Part shown: positions 30,041 to 39,278 of the stretch, in pieces
Layout of the letters: each line of letters begins with the position of its first letter
Position numbering within the stretch: position 1 is the stretch's first letter
Origin: an uncultured Alphaproteobacteria bacterium
GTDB taxonomy: Bacteria > Pseudomonadota > Alphaproteobacteria > RF32 > CAG-239
Length of the DNA stretch: 64,000 bases
Direction: 5' to 3'
NCBI GenBank assembly: GCA_944393725.1
Contig: CALYBC010000009.1
Span: 210,099 to 274,098 of the forward strand
Translations under genes and position numbers: made by a program
Notes under the pieces: model-generated
The model's input: the letters and a program-made list of their open reading frames with translations, nothing else
Databases searched by the model: none
Told to the model about the DNA's origin: nothing

Positions 30041-31339
30041 CTATTTACCGATACCGCGATAATTGAAGCCGTATGATTTAGCTTGTTTAGCATCTAAAAG
30101 ATTGCGACAATCAACAATATTTTTGTGCTTCATAAGATATGATGCTCTTTCCAAATCCAATTTTTTGAATTCTTCCCATTCGGTTAGAATCGCCAATACA
30201 TCGGCATCTTTTAATACTTGGTACATATCATCTGCATAACTTATTTTGTTGCCGAATATATTGCAGGCTGTTCCCATGGCTTTGGGGTCATATGCCGTTA
30301 TGTTTAGACCATATTCCAACAATTTATTTATTATCTCGACAGCTGGACTCTCACGACAGTCATCAGTACCATTCTTAAATGCCAGTCCAAGAACTGCAAT
30401 CTTAGGATTTTCAATACCTTTGACGGCGTCTTTAATTCTTTGTGCCATTTGCTCTTTGCGGAGCTTATTGCCAATTATTGCAGCCTCCACCAAGCTCATC
30501 TTAACTCCGTTTTGCTTGGCCATATAATTCATAGCCATTGTATCTTTAGGAAAACAGCTGCCGCCGTATCCGGGGCCCGGATTTAAAAATTTGTTACCGA
30601 TGCGACTGTCTGCCCCCATGCCTTTGGCCACTTCTGTTATATCGGCTCCCGAAGCTTCGCAAAAGTCTGCCATTTCGTTGATGTAGTGTATCTTCATCGC
30701 CAGAAAAGCATTTGATGCGTATTTTATGGTTTCGGCGGAGCGTCTTTTTACAAATAACATATTGGTCTTGTCGGCAAAAGGACTGTATAGCTCTTTTATC
30801 AGATTAAAAGCCCTTTCGCTCTCTGCACCGACAATTACTCTGTCAGGATGGAAAAAGTCATGAACCGCAAACCCTTCCCTTAAAAATTCCGGCAATGATA
30901 TAACATCAAAATTGGCAAACGGATTTTTTTTGCTGATTAAGGTTTCTATATCGTCTCCGGTACCTACAGGCACTGTCGATTTGGTTGCAACCACGGTATA
31001 ACCGCTCAAATGCTCTGCCAACTCAGTTGCGGCAGCATGAATATATTTCATATCTGCTTCTTTGGTAACAGGATGCGGAGGAGTGCCGACTGCTATTATT
31101 ACCAAATCAGCACTTGGTATTCCTTCTTTCATTGAGGTCGTAAATTTTAAGTTTCCGCTCTGTATATTTTTATGAAATAAATCTTCAAGACCTTCTTCAT
31201 AAAGAATAATTTTTCCCTCACTTAAGGCTTCTATTTTACGAATATCTCTGTCAATGCAAGTTACTTCATTGCCAAGCTCTGCGAAACCGACACCGGTTGG
31301 CAATCCGACATATCCTGTTCCTATTATGCTTATTTTCAT
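30041..31339 (-). CDS. ugd: UDP-glucose 6-dehydrogenase
   Basis: MKISIIGTGYVGL Rossmann start, GGSCFPKD catalytic Cys motif, full length. Confidence 0.9.
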   Translation of the reverse strand: MKISIIGTGYVGLPTGVGFAELGNEVTCIDRDIRKIEALSEGKIILYEEGLEDLFHKNIQSGNLKFTTSMKEGIPSADLVIIAVGTPPHPVTKEADMKYIHAAATELAEHLSGYTVVATKSTVPVGTGDDIETLISKKNPFANFDVISLPEFLREGFAVHDFFHPDRVIVGAESERAFNLIKELYSPFADKTNMLFVKRRSAETIKYASNAFLAMKIHYINEMADFCEASGADITEVAKGMGADSRIGNKFLNPGPGYGGSCFPKDTMAMNYMAKQNGVKMSLVEAAIIGNKLRKEQMAQRIKDAVKGIENPKIAVLGLAFKNGTDDCRESPAVEIINKLLEYGLNITAYDPKAMGTACNIFGNKISYADDMYQVLKDADVLAILTEWEEFKKLDLERASYLMKHKNIVDCRNLLDAKQAKSYGFNYRGIGK

Positions 31340-31431
31340 AATTTTACCTTTTGTTGTATATACATAACAACATTGTTAAACTAAATGTTTTGGATTTTCT
31401 AGCAATTTTACAAAATATCAGCATGATTTTA

Positions 31432-31484
31432 CCATACCAAAAAAAACTACCCTTCCGGGTGGCTTTTAATTGGTGGGCACTGAA
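31432..31484. repeat. Direct repeat copy 1: terminator plus tRNA-like 3' end
   Basis: CCATACC-A8-CTACCCTTCCGGGTGGCTTTTAATTGGTGGGCACTGA matches 31713-31764 with 1 indel and 2 substitutions. Confidence 0.9.
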
Positions 31485-31714
31485 CCGGTGACTCAAGCCA
31501 AACTGGCTTGAGTTGCACTGGCGGAGTTTTGCCGTACCCGGCAAACCAGCGATACTCCCGTCTCGCCTACTCCTTGTAGTGCACACCCGCTTCGCACTGT
31601 GTGTCCTCTCTGCGTTCGGATCGTTTCACTGCGTTCAACTTCCAACTGCGTCCCACTTATCGCGGGACTTGTTAGTCGAACTCCCTTCCTCGGAAGTTCA
31701 AACCTCAAGCCCCC
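31471..31714 (-). ncRNA. Unassigned GC-rich structured RNA candidate with tRNA-like ends (5' GGGGGCU, 3' AGUGCCCACCA)
   Basis: About 55% G+C by hand count in visibly AT-rich DNA. Several strong hairpins, followed by its own copy of the tRNA-Val terminator. The overlapping ORFs look spurious. Identity is unknown. Confidence 0.35.
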
Positions 31715-31764
31715 ATACCAAAAAAACCACCCTTCCGGGTGGCTTTTAATTGGTGGGCGCTGAG
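31713..31764. repeat. Direct repeat copy 2: tRNA-Val 3' end plus its terminator
   Basis: Partner of 31432-31484. Confidence 0.9.
31720..31743 (-). terminator. Rho-independent terminator of tRNA-Val
   Basis: Minus strand reads CCACCC-GGAA-GGGTGG followed by T7. Confidence 0.8.
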
Positions 31765-31826
31765 AGGTTCGAACTCCCGACCCTCTCGGTGTAAACGAGA
31801 TGCTCTTCCAGCTGAGCTAAGCGCCC
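31751..31826 (-). tRNA. tRNA-Val (anticodon UAC), CCA encoded
   Basis: Hand-folded cloverleaf: GGGCGCT/AGCGCCC acceptor, anticodon loop TTTACAC, T-arm GGGAG-TTCGAAC-CTCTC. 76 nt. Confidence 0.95.
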
Positions 31827-31896
31827 TCGTTCCTTACAGGAAAGTCTTATACACTCTTCAAATAAATTAATCAAGTGTTTTTTTTATTTTTTTTCA

Positions 31897-31928
31897 CAAA
31901 AAAACGAGGCACCTTATAAATGCCTCGT
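31897..31928 (-). terminator. Rho-independent terminator of hupB
   Basis: Minus strand reads ACGAGGCA-loop-TGCCTCGT followed by T7. Confidence 0.75.
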
Positions 31929-31981
31929 TTCGCTTATAAACTTTGTGCGAAAATCAATATATAATCAATCTTCGTAATATA

Positions 31982-32254
31982 TTAGTTTACAGAGTCTTGC
32001 AAAGCTTTACCAGCTTTGAATTTAGCTTGCTTACGAGCAGGAATTTTGATCGTAGCACCAGTGCGCGGATTGCGACCGGTTGTAGCAGCTCTTTTTGATA
32101 CGGCAAATGTACCAAAACCAACCAAACGAACTTCGTCACCTTTTTTCAAAGCAGAAGTTACAGAAGATACAAATGCATCCAAAGCCTTAGCAGAATCAGT
32201 CTTGGTAAGGCCGGTTGAACTAGCAATGCTAGAAATCAATTCATTTTTATTCAC
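31982..32254 (-). CDS. hupB: DNA-binding protein HU
   Basis: 90 aa; MNKNELI..., GFGTF, RNPRTG, and a beta-arm. Confidence 0.92.
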   Translation of the reverse strand: MNKNELISSIASSTGLTKTDSAKALDAFVSSVTSALKKGDEVRLVGFGTFAVSKRAATTGRNPRTGATIKIPARKQAKFKAGKALQDSVN

Positions 32255-32539
32255 GGTGAGGACTCCCTCTAATATAAGTTATAAACAAATGATACAAGGC
32301 GTTACGCCCCGTTCACAACAAAATTTGAACACCTATTTATATTGCTGTCAAATGAAAATTCTTTATTTATCAACATTTTTGAGCTTTTTTAAGCTTTATC
32401 CACAGATATTTAACCATATAAACGCGATTTATTTTTTGTTTTTCTATATTTACAAGAAAAACTAAAGCAAACCTTTATAAAATAAGAAACACCTCCGAAT
32501 CTGCAAAGACTCGGAGGTGATGAAATCGGATGATAAAAA

Positions 32540-34867
32540 TTATTTACCTATTTTCTTGGTTAAGGCTATTTTCAATACCTCTTTAACTTCCGAAACAGGT
32601 ATGATTTTTAGTCCGGTTTTTACATTATCCGGAATTTCGGCTAAATCCTTTTCGTTATCCTTGGGAATTATTACCGTTTTAATTCCGCCCCTTAATGCTG
32701 ATAACAACTTCTCTTTCAAGCCGCCTATCGGTAAAACTCGACCTTGAAGTGTTATCTCTCCGGTCATGGCGACATCTTTTCTTACCGGTATCTTGGTTAA
32801 TACCGATACAAGAGTCGTATACATGGCAATACCTGCCGAAGGTCCATCCTTTGGGGTGGCTCCCTCAGGTACATGGACATGGATATCGGTTTTTTCAAAT
32901 ATCTCAGGAGATATTCCCAACTCTTTGGAATGTGAGCGGACAACCGAATAAGCGGTATCTATCGACTCCTTCATCACATCGCCGAGTTTTCCGGTTTGTT
33001 TGACAACTCCCTTACCCGGCATATCAACGGCCTCAATAAATAATATATCTCCGCCAACCTCTGTCCAGGCCAAGCCGGTTGTTACTCCGATTTGATCTTT
33101 TTCTTCGGCTTCGCCATAGCGATATTTTATAACGCCTAAATATTGTTCCAAGTTCTTGGCATTTACTTTCAAAGGTAGCTTCTTTGCATCTTTTGCCAAC
33201 AGAATTTCTTTAATTGACTTACGAGCTATGGTCGATAATTCGCGTTCAAGATTTCTGACACCGGCCTCGCGAGTATAGTATCTGACAATATCACGAATCG
33301 CCTCGTCTTCTATTTTTAGCTCTTTATCTTTTAGTCCGTTTTCCTTAAAAATTTTAGGCAACAAATGTCTTTTGGCAATTTCTACCTTTTCGTCCTCGGT
33401 ATATCCGGACAGACGGATTATTTCCATTCTATCCAATAAAGGACGAGGCATATCGAGAGAATTAGCCGTGGTAACAAACATTACATCAGACAAATCATAA
33501 TCTACCTCCAGATAATGATCGTTAAAGGCTGAGTTTTGTTCGGGGTCTAAAACTTCCAACAGTGCCGATGACGGATCACCGCGGTAGTCATTGCCCAGCT
33601 TGTCAATCTCGTCTAACAAAAACAGCGGATTGGAGGTTCCGGCTTTTTTCATACCTTTGATAATTTTACCGGGCATAGAACCGATATAAGTACGACGGTG
33701 TCCTCTTATCTCGGCTTCATCTCTCATACCACCCAGAGAAGTTCGAACAAATTTGCGGCCGGTTGCTCTGGCAATAGACTTACCCAGCGAGGTTTTACCA
33801 ACTCCCGGAGGTCCTACCAAGCAAAGAATCGGACCTCTTACTTTGTCTGAGCGAGCTTGAACTGCCAAATATTCGACAATTCTTTCTTTTACTTTATCCA
33901 ATCCATAGTGATCTGCATTTAAAACATCAATGGCATATTGCAAATCTTTATTTATTTTGGAACGCTTTTTCCATGGAATGTCCAATAACCAATCAAGATA
34001 ATTGCGTACAACCGTTGCCTCTGCCGAATTGGGCCCCATGGTCCTTAATTTTTTGACTTCAGCCAAGGCTTTTTCTTTGGCTTCTTTAGATAATTTTACT
34101 TTTTTAATTTTCTTCATGTATGAGGAAATTTCATCTTCGCCGTCCTCATCGCCTAATTCTTTTTGAATGGCTTTCATCTGCTCATTCAAATAGTATTCTT
34201 TTTGGCTTTTTTCCATTTGTTTGCGAACGCGGGTGCGAATGCGGTTTTCGACCTCTAACATGGTAATTTCGGCATCCATAAAGCCAAGCAATTTTTCAAA
34301 TCTTTCAGTCAGAGAATGTCCTTCTAAAAGAGCCTGCTTGTCTGCTATTTTGAGCGATAAGTGCGATGCAATGGTATCTGCCAACTTGGTCGGGTCTTCT
34401 ATCTGATTAACCGCTGTTAAAACCTCCGGCGGGGTCTTTTTAGATAGTTTTACATACTCTTCAAACTGTGATAAAACCGCTCTCATTACTCCTTCAATCT
34501 CCGGATTGTTTTCCTCTTTATCCGGAAGTAAGGTAATTTCGGCTTTAAGCATATCATCTTCGGTTTCTACTCTATCAAGCCTTATTCTCTCTACTCCCTC
34601 AATAAGTACCTTTACCGTACCATCCGGAAGCTTCAAAAGTTGTAATATGCGACCTAAAGTACCAACGGTGAATATATCTTCCGCCGTCGGATCTTCAATG
34701 CTTTGGTCACGCTGTGTCACAAGAACAATCTCTTGCTCTCCTTCGCTGACTTCCTGCAAAGCATTTATTGATTTTCTTCGCCCGACAAAAAGCGGAACTA
34801 TCATCTTGGGATATACAACTATATCTCTTAACGGTAAGACCGGATACTTATTTTTTTTGCTAAACAT
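32540..34867 (-). CDS. lon: ATP-dependent Lon protease
   Basis: 775 aa with a LON N-domain, AAA+ Walker A GPPGVGKTS, and the protease motif DGPSAG. Confidence 0.96.
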   Translation of the reverse strand: MFSKKNKYPVLPLRDIVVYPKMIVPLFVGRRKSINALQEVSEGEQEIVLVTQRDQSIEDPTAEDIFTVGTLGRILQLLKLPDGTVKVLIEGVERIRLDRVETEDDMLKAEITLLPDKEENNPEIEGVMRAVLSQFEEYVKLSKKTPPEVLTAVNQIEDPTKLADTIASHLSLKIADKQALLEGHSLTERFEKLLGFMDAEITMLEVENRIRTRVRKQMEKSQKEYYLNEQMKAIQKELGDEDGEDEISSYMKKIKKVKLSKEAKEKALAEVKKLRTMGPNSAEATVVRNYLDWLLDIPWKKRSKINKDLQYAIDVLNADHYGLDKVKERIVEYLAVQARSDKVRGPILCLVGPPGVGKTSLGKSIARATGRKFVRTSLGGMRDEAEIRGHRRTYIGSMPGKIIKGMKKAGTSNPLFLLDEIDKLGNDYRGDPSSALLEVLDPEQNSAFNDHYLEVDYDLSDVMFVTTANSLDMPRPLLDRMEIIRLSGYTEDEKVEIAKRHLLPKIFKENGLKDKELKIEDEAIRDIVRYYTREAGVRNLERELSTIARKSIKEILLAKDAKKLPLKVNAKNLEQYLGVIKYRYGEAEEKDQIGVTTGLAWTEVGGDILFIEAVDMPGKGVVKQTGKLGDVMKESIDTAYSVVRSHSKELGISPEIFEKTDIHVHVPEGATPKDGPSAGIAMYTTLVSVLTKIPVRKDVAMTGEITLQGRVLPIGGLKEKLLSALRGGIKTVIIPKDNEKDLAEIPDNVKTGLKIIPVSEVKEVLKIALTKKIGK

Positions 34868-35094
34868 TACCTAATATACCTCAACTTTTATCATAACAAC
34901 ATATAATATAGGAATCGTTTTGCCATTGTGCAATATTGATGGTATTTTTTTGCCACAGCTCCCCTTTTTCATCAATCAGGCAAAATTTTAATCCACAAAA
35001 AAAATCTGTGTAATACTTGTTATTTGTGATTTTGCTTGATATTTTTTGACTGTATGCTGTATATAAATTGTCAGAATAATAACGGAGAATCAAA

Positions 35095-35343
35095 ATGGCG
35101 GTGAAAAACAGACCTGCCTACTCAAGTGATGATATTGATGTCGATGTTTCAATCACATTGGGAACCGCAGATTTGAGAGTATATCAGTTGTTGCGTCTCG
35201 GACGTGGTGCCGTGGTCGAATTAGATCGAAATGTTGATGATAATGTCGACATTTATGTCAATGATGTACTTATCGGTCACGGCGAAGTCGTGGTTACCGA
35301 GGATGAAACGATTGGTATCAGTGTCACCGATACAACACCTTAA
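35095..35343 (+). CDS. Stand-alone FliN/SpoA-domain protein
   Basis: 82 aa. VDVSITLGTADLRVYQLLRLGRGAVVELD...IYVNDVLIGHGEVVV matches the surface-presentation-of-antigens (FliN C-terminal) pattern. Confidence 0.65.
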   Translation: MAVKNRPAYSSDDIDVDVSITLGTADLRVYQLLRLGRGAVVELDRNVDDNVDIYVNDVLIGHGEVVVTEDETIGISVTDTTP

Positions 35344-35351
35344 GAATTAAA

Positions 35352-36095
35352 ATGAAAATAATGCTAAAAAAAATTACCAAAAATTTCTTGAAATCTGCAC
35401 TCGGCATCAACTTGTTGGCGTTTTTGATGTTTGTATATTCAAAATTGGTAGGAAAAACTTCTTCTTGGGAATTTTTAGGTTTGCAAGAAGCCAAAAGTGC
35501 CGTTTCGGATACAAATGCTATATGGATTGCTTGGCATGCCAGAGCAACCATGATGCCGTTCTTCTGGCAAAAACTTTTTAATCGTAAAATGGCCGCCCTG
35601 GTTTCTCCGCATCATGACGGTCAGCTGGTGGCAAATTTCCTAAAGCACTATCATATTACTCCAGTGTGCGGGTCAAGTAACGAAAACCCGCGTCAAAGTG
35701 CTTTGGAGCTTATGCGTTGTCTGCAAGACGGATATGACTTGTTTATCTCTCCGGATGGCCCCAGAGGCCCGAGAATGAGAATGAAAAAGTCTCCGATTTA
35801 TTATGCTCAAAAAACCGGGAAACCCATCATTTGTGCTTGTTTTAGTTCAAATAAAGCATTGGTTATAAACAAAGCTTGGGATAAAACCATGGTCGCTCTG
35901 CCTTTCAGCAAAGGTAAATTCTATCTTAGCCAACCATTATATATTCCAGATGAGCTAACCGAAGAGGAAGAAAAGGCCTACTGCCAAAAACTGGAAAATA
36001 TCGCTAACAGCCTTTATTTTAAATGCGATACTGATGCCGGCAGAGAACCGGTATTACCTGCAGATATCAACGATATTAAAAAGAGAAGCATCTAA
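35352..36095 (+). CDS. DUF374 / lysophospholipid acyltransferase-like protein
   Basis: N-terminal TM, SPHHDG and SPDGPRGP motifs. Positioned immediately upstream of waaA with a 1-nt overlap. Confidence 0.55.
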   Translation: MKIMLKKITKNFLKSALGINLLAFLMFVYSKLVGKTSSWEFLGLQEAKSAVSDTNAIWIAWHARATMMPFFWQKLFNRKMAALVSPHHDGQLVANFLKHYHITPVCGSSNENPRQSALELMRCLQDGYDLFISPDGPRGPRMRMKKSPIYYAQKTGKPIICACFSSNKALVINKAWDKTMVALPFSKGKFYLSQPLYIPDELTEEEEKAYCQKLENIANSLYFKCDTDAGREPVLPADINDIKKRSI

Positions 36096-37354
36096 TGTTT
36101 ATTAAAATATACAATACTCTCATAACCATCTTATATCCTTTGGTTATTCAAAGATATGTCGAAAAACGCAAACAAAAAGGCAAAGAAGATATTGCAAGAT
36201 TTAATGAAAGAATCGGCAGACCTAAATTGCCGCGTCCCGAGGGCAAGCTTTTTTGGTTGCACGGTGCCTCTGTCGGCGAATCTATATCAATGCTTCCGTT
36301 GATTAATAAAATCTTAGAAACCTATCCGGACTCTCATGTTATGGTAACTACCGGAACCGTTACCTCGGCTGATGTCATGCAAAAAAGACTTCCTGAAAGA
36401 GCTTTCCATCAGTTCATCCCGATTGATAACCCGATCTTTACAACCAGATTTGTTAAGCATTGGCACCCTGATGTGGCTTTGTGGTTTGAGTCTGAATTCT
36501 GGCCGGCCGTGCTGTCTTCTATTAAACGCAAAAATATTCCGCTGATTTTAATCAACGGTAGAATCTCAAATAAAACTTTTAAAAGATGGCAGCAATTTGA
36601 TTTTATTTGCAAGGAACTGCTAGGATGCTTCAATCTATGTCTGGGGCAATCGGAGGAAGATGCTTATCGTCTTAAAGTTTTAGGAGCTAAAGAAACTTTA
36701 TGTTTGGGAAATATCAAATATGCAGGTCTTCCTTTGCCGATTGATGAAGAAGCAAAAAAAGTTATCTTAAAACAAATCGGTAACCGCAAGTTTTGGTTGG
36801 CAAGCTCTACTCACGAAGATGAAGAAGTCAGAATTGCCAAAGTTCATAAACGATTGATGGAAAAATTTCCGGATCTGTTGACAATAATCGCGCCAAGGCA
36901 CCCAAATCGCGGCGAAGAAATTGCCAACGAAATCCAAAAATTGGATCTTAACACCGCCTTGCGTTCAAAAGGCGAAAAAATCACATCTGAAACCAATATA
37001 TATATCGCCGATACCATAGGCGAAATGGGGTTGTGGTATGATATCGCCAATATAGTATTCATCGGCGGCTCATTGATTCCGCATGGCGGGCAAAACTTTA
37101 TTGAGCCTTCGCGTGTCAGAGATGCCGTAATTGTCGGACCGCACATGCACAACTTTACTGATGCGATGTCTAGGGCTAAAAAAGCCGATGCGGTTATGCA
37201 AGTTACAGATACTCTGGAATTGCAAGAAATCGTTACCCAACTTCTGGAAAACGAAAATTTGCTTGAAGCTAAGCGCTCTTTGGCCTATAACTGGGCAGTA
37301 AGCGAGACCAAGGTCTTGGATGGAATAATGGATAAAATTAAGGTATATTTCTAA
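36095..37354 (+). CDS. waaA: 3-deoxy-D-manno-octulosonic acid (Kdo) transferase
   Basis: WLHGASVGE and GGSL.PHGGQN.IEP motifs; typical length. Confidence 0.9.
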   Translation: MFIKIYNTLITILYPLVIQRYVEKRKQKGKEDIARFNERIGRPKLPRPEGKLFWLHGASVGESISMLPLINKILETYPDSHVMVTTGTVTSADVMQKRLPERAFHQFIPIDNPIFTTRFVKHWHPDVALWFESEFWPAVLSSIKRKNIPLILINGRISNKTFKRWQQFDFICKELLGCFNLCLGQSEEDAYRLKVLGAKETLCLGNIKYAGLPLPIDEEAKKVILKQIGNRKFWLASSTHEDEEVRIAKVHKRLMEKFPDLLTIIAPRHPNRGEEIANEIQKLDLNTALRSKGEKITSETNIYIADTIGEMGLWYDIANIVFIGGSLIPHGGQNFIEPSRVRDAVIVGPHMHNFTDAMSRAKKADAVMQVTDTLELQEIVTQLLENENLLEAKRSLAYNWAVSETKVLDGIMDKIKVYF

Positions 37355-37355
37355 A

Positions 37356-38303
37356 ATGAAAACTCCTAAACATTGGCAAAAAATGAATTTGACGGCGGCA
37401 TTATTATTCTTGCCATCTTGTCTTTATGCTTTGGCTACTTGGGCCAGAATAAAACTACACAAGCCGCAAAGAGTAAATGTGCCGGTTATTTGTATCGGTA
37501 ATCTTACGGCCGGCGGCAGCGGCAAAACACCAACGGCTGCAAGTGTGGCACAAATTTTCAAGCAAAACGGCAAAAATCCTTTTTTTGTATCGCGTGGTTA
37601 TGGCGGTTCTCTTACAAATGTTTTGGTTGATATAAATATTTATTCTCCGCAGGAAGTAGGTGACGAACCGCTTCTGTTGGCTCATAAAGCACCTGTGGTG
37701 ATTAATCCTGACCGTTTTGAAGCGGCAAAGCTTGCTTGCGAAAATGGTGCCGACATCATAATTATGGATGATGGTTTTCAAAATCCTACCCTTTATAAAG
37801 ACAAGTCTTTGTTGGTGATTGACGGTGGGGTCGGTTTGGGAAATATGTTACCTATTCCGGCTGGACCAATGCGGGAGTTTTTTAATCAAGGAATAAAAAG
37901 AGCCGATGCGGTAGTTATTTTGGGCGAAGATAAACACAACATCAAAGAAAAATTGGTAAATTTACCGATATTTTATGGTGAAGTGGTACCAATAAAACCG
38001 GAAGACACAAGATCTCAAGCGATTGCCTTTGCCGGAATCGGTAGACCAGAAAAATTTTATCAATCACTTAAAGATTGCGGTGTTAATATCGTAAAGACAT
38101 TTGATTTTCCGGATCATCACTTCTATACCAGAAATGAGCTTAATGAGCTGGTAAAAGAAGCTCTAGCACTTGATGCCGATTTGTTTACCACAGCAAAAGA
38201 CATCGTTAAAATTCCAGCAGACTTGAAATCTAAGTTCAAAGTATTGAATATTGAAGTCAAGTGGCAGGATGAGGAAGCTCTCAAACAATTTTTACTTAAG
38301 TAA
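37356..38303 (+). CDS. lpxK: Tetraacyldisaccharide 4'-kinase
   Basis: VPVICIGNLTAGGSGKTP P-loop, SRGYGG, GDEP and DDGFQN motifs. Confidence 0.9.
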   Translation: MKTPKHWQKMNLTAALLFLPSCLYALATWARIKLHKPQRVNVPVICIGNLTAGGSGKTPTAASVAQIFKQNGKNPFFVSRGYGGSLTNVLVDINIYSPQEVGDEPLLLAHKAPVVINPDRFEAAKLACENGADIIIMDDGFQNPTLYKDKSLLVIDGGVGLGNMLPIPAGPMREFFNQGIKRADAVVILGEDKHNIKEKLVNLPIFYGEVVPIKPEDTRSQAIAFAGIGRPEKFYQSLKDCGVNIVKTFDFPDHHFYTRNELNELVKEALALDADLFTTAKDIVKIPADLKSKFKVLNIEVKWQDEEALKQFLLK

Positions 38304-38334
38304 AAAAATCCCGCCTTTTATAAGACGGGATTTT
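38302..38334. terminator. Bidirectional terminator between lpxK and the convergent reductase gene
   Basis: A7-AATCCCG...CGGGATT-T tract. Confidence 0.65.
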
Positions 38335-38337
38335 CTA

Positions 38338-39255
38338 TTAAAATATCTTGTTATAGCCTTTGGCCGGATTTTCAAAGGCCGAACCGTCAAAAAAGCGTAA
38401 ATTTTTATTCAAGCCTTCGAGCTTTTGCATATCTGCCGCATCTAGGCTTATGGACTGTGATCCGGCATTCTCTTTTATTCTGGCCTCGTGAACCGATTTG
38501 GGTATTACTATTATTCCGCGTTGCATCTGCCAGGCCAGCAATATCTGCGCCGGTGTTGCATTGTTGCGTGCTGCTATGTCTTTTACAACTTCGTTATCAA
38601 GCACACTACCGTCGCTTCTTTGTGCACCTAGCGGAGAATATGCCGTAACTGCTATGTTGTCTTTGCGGCAAAACTCAATTAATCTGTTCTGATTTAAAAA
38701 CGGATGACATTCTACCTGATTAACCGCCGGAACTACTTGAGTCTTGGATATTAAGTTGCTTATATTTGCTTCATTAAAATTAGAAACGCCAATCGCCCTT
38801 ACCTTACCTGCATTATAAAGCTTTTCCATCTCGCTCCAAGTTTCCCATAACGGGATTTCTGTCAGAGGAATCCAATCTTCGTCGTTTTTGGGCATGCCAC
38901 TGCCTTTTCTTTGAGCAACCGGCCAATGCATCAAATATAAATCCAAATATTCCAAGCCTAGTTCTTGCAATGTTTTTTCACAAGCCGGTATAACATCGGA
39001 AACGGCATGGCTGTCGTTCCATAATTTTGATGTAATAAATATTTCTTCTCTTTTGATATCACCCTCGGCAAATGCATCATGCAAGGCTTGTCCCACTTCA
39101 CTTTGATTGCCATATGCCGCCGCACAGTCAATATGCTTGTAGCCCAATTTTATTGCCCAGCGAACAGCCTGATATACTTCTCCGGGAGAAGACAAAAATG
39201 TTCCAAGTCCAAAAATCGGCATCTCGGCACCAGTATTTAATTTTATACTTTTCAT
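38338..39255 (-). CDS. Aldo/keto reductase family oxidoreductase
   Basis: GYKHIDCAAAYGN, ITSKLWN and LDLYLMHWP motifs. Confidence 0.85.
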   Translation of the reverse strand: MKSIKLNTGAEMPIFGLGTFLSSPGEVYQAVRWAIKLGYKHIDCAAAYGNQSEVGQALHDAFAEGDIKREEIFITSKLWNDSHAVSDVIPACEKTLQELGLEYLDLYLMHWPVAQRKGSGMPKNDEDWIPLTEIPLWETWSEMEKLYNAGKVRAIGVSNFNEANISNLISKTQVVPAVNQVECHPFLNQNRLIEFCRKDNIAVTAYSPLGAQRSDGSVLDNEVVKDIAARNNATPAQILLAWQMQRGIIVIPKSVHEARIKENAGSQSISLDAADMQKLEGLNKNLRFFDGSAFENPAKGYNKIF

Positions 39256-39278
39256 GATTTTCTCCTTAAAGAATATGG

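Noticed and set aside
31560-31650. Resemblance to 5S rRNA strings (GAACGCAGUGAAACG compared with GAACUCAGAAGUGAAACG; GGAGUAGG)
   Set aside because: Only short motif matches. The overall length, helix arrangement and ends do not fit 5S rRNA, and no 16S or 23S gene is nearby.
31471-31714. Possible tmRNA (one-piece, or alphaproteobacterial two-piece ssrA), because of the GGGGGCU start, a UUCGAC-like motif, the CCA end and the location after a ...CCA-linker-GGGG junction
   Set aside because: No T-arm precedes the 3' acceptor strand. Position 3:70 would be G:C rather than the G:U alanine identity pair. No reading frame yields a tag ending in hydrophobic-Ala-Ala before a stop. The upstream CCA belongs to a complete tRNA-Val. 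I left it as an unassigned RNA candidate; ARAGORN or Infernal should decide.
31344-31749. Three track ORFs (31344-31586 minus, 31493-31708 minus, 31513-31749 plus) across the GC-rich segment
   Set aside because: They overlap one another on both strands. They run through terminator hairpins and the duplicated tRNA 3' end. They lack ribosome-binding sites and have odd composition (Arg/Ser/Cys-rich). They are best explained as chance ORFs in GC-rich structured RNA.
32016-32465. 149-aa plus-strand ORF
   Set aside because: Antisense to hupB and then runs into AT-rich intergenic DNA. HU on the minus strand is clearly the real gene.
34881-35093. 70-aa minus-strand ORF upstream of lon
   Set aside because: It lies in the lon/fliN-like divergent promoter region. 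It has low-complexity Tyr/Asn/Ile-rich composition, no RBS and no family resemblance.
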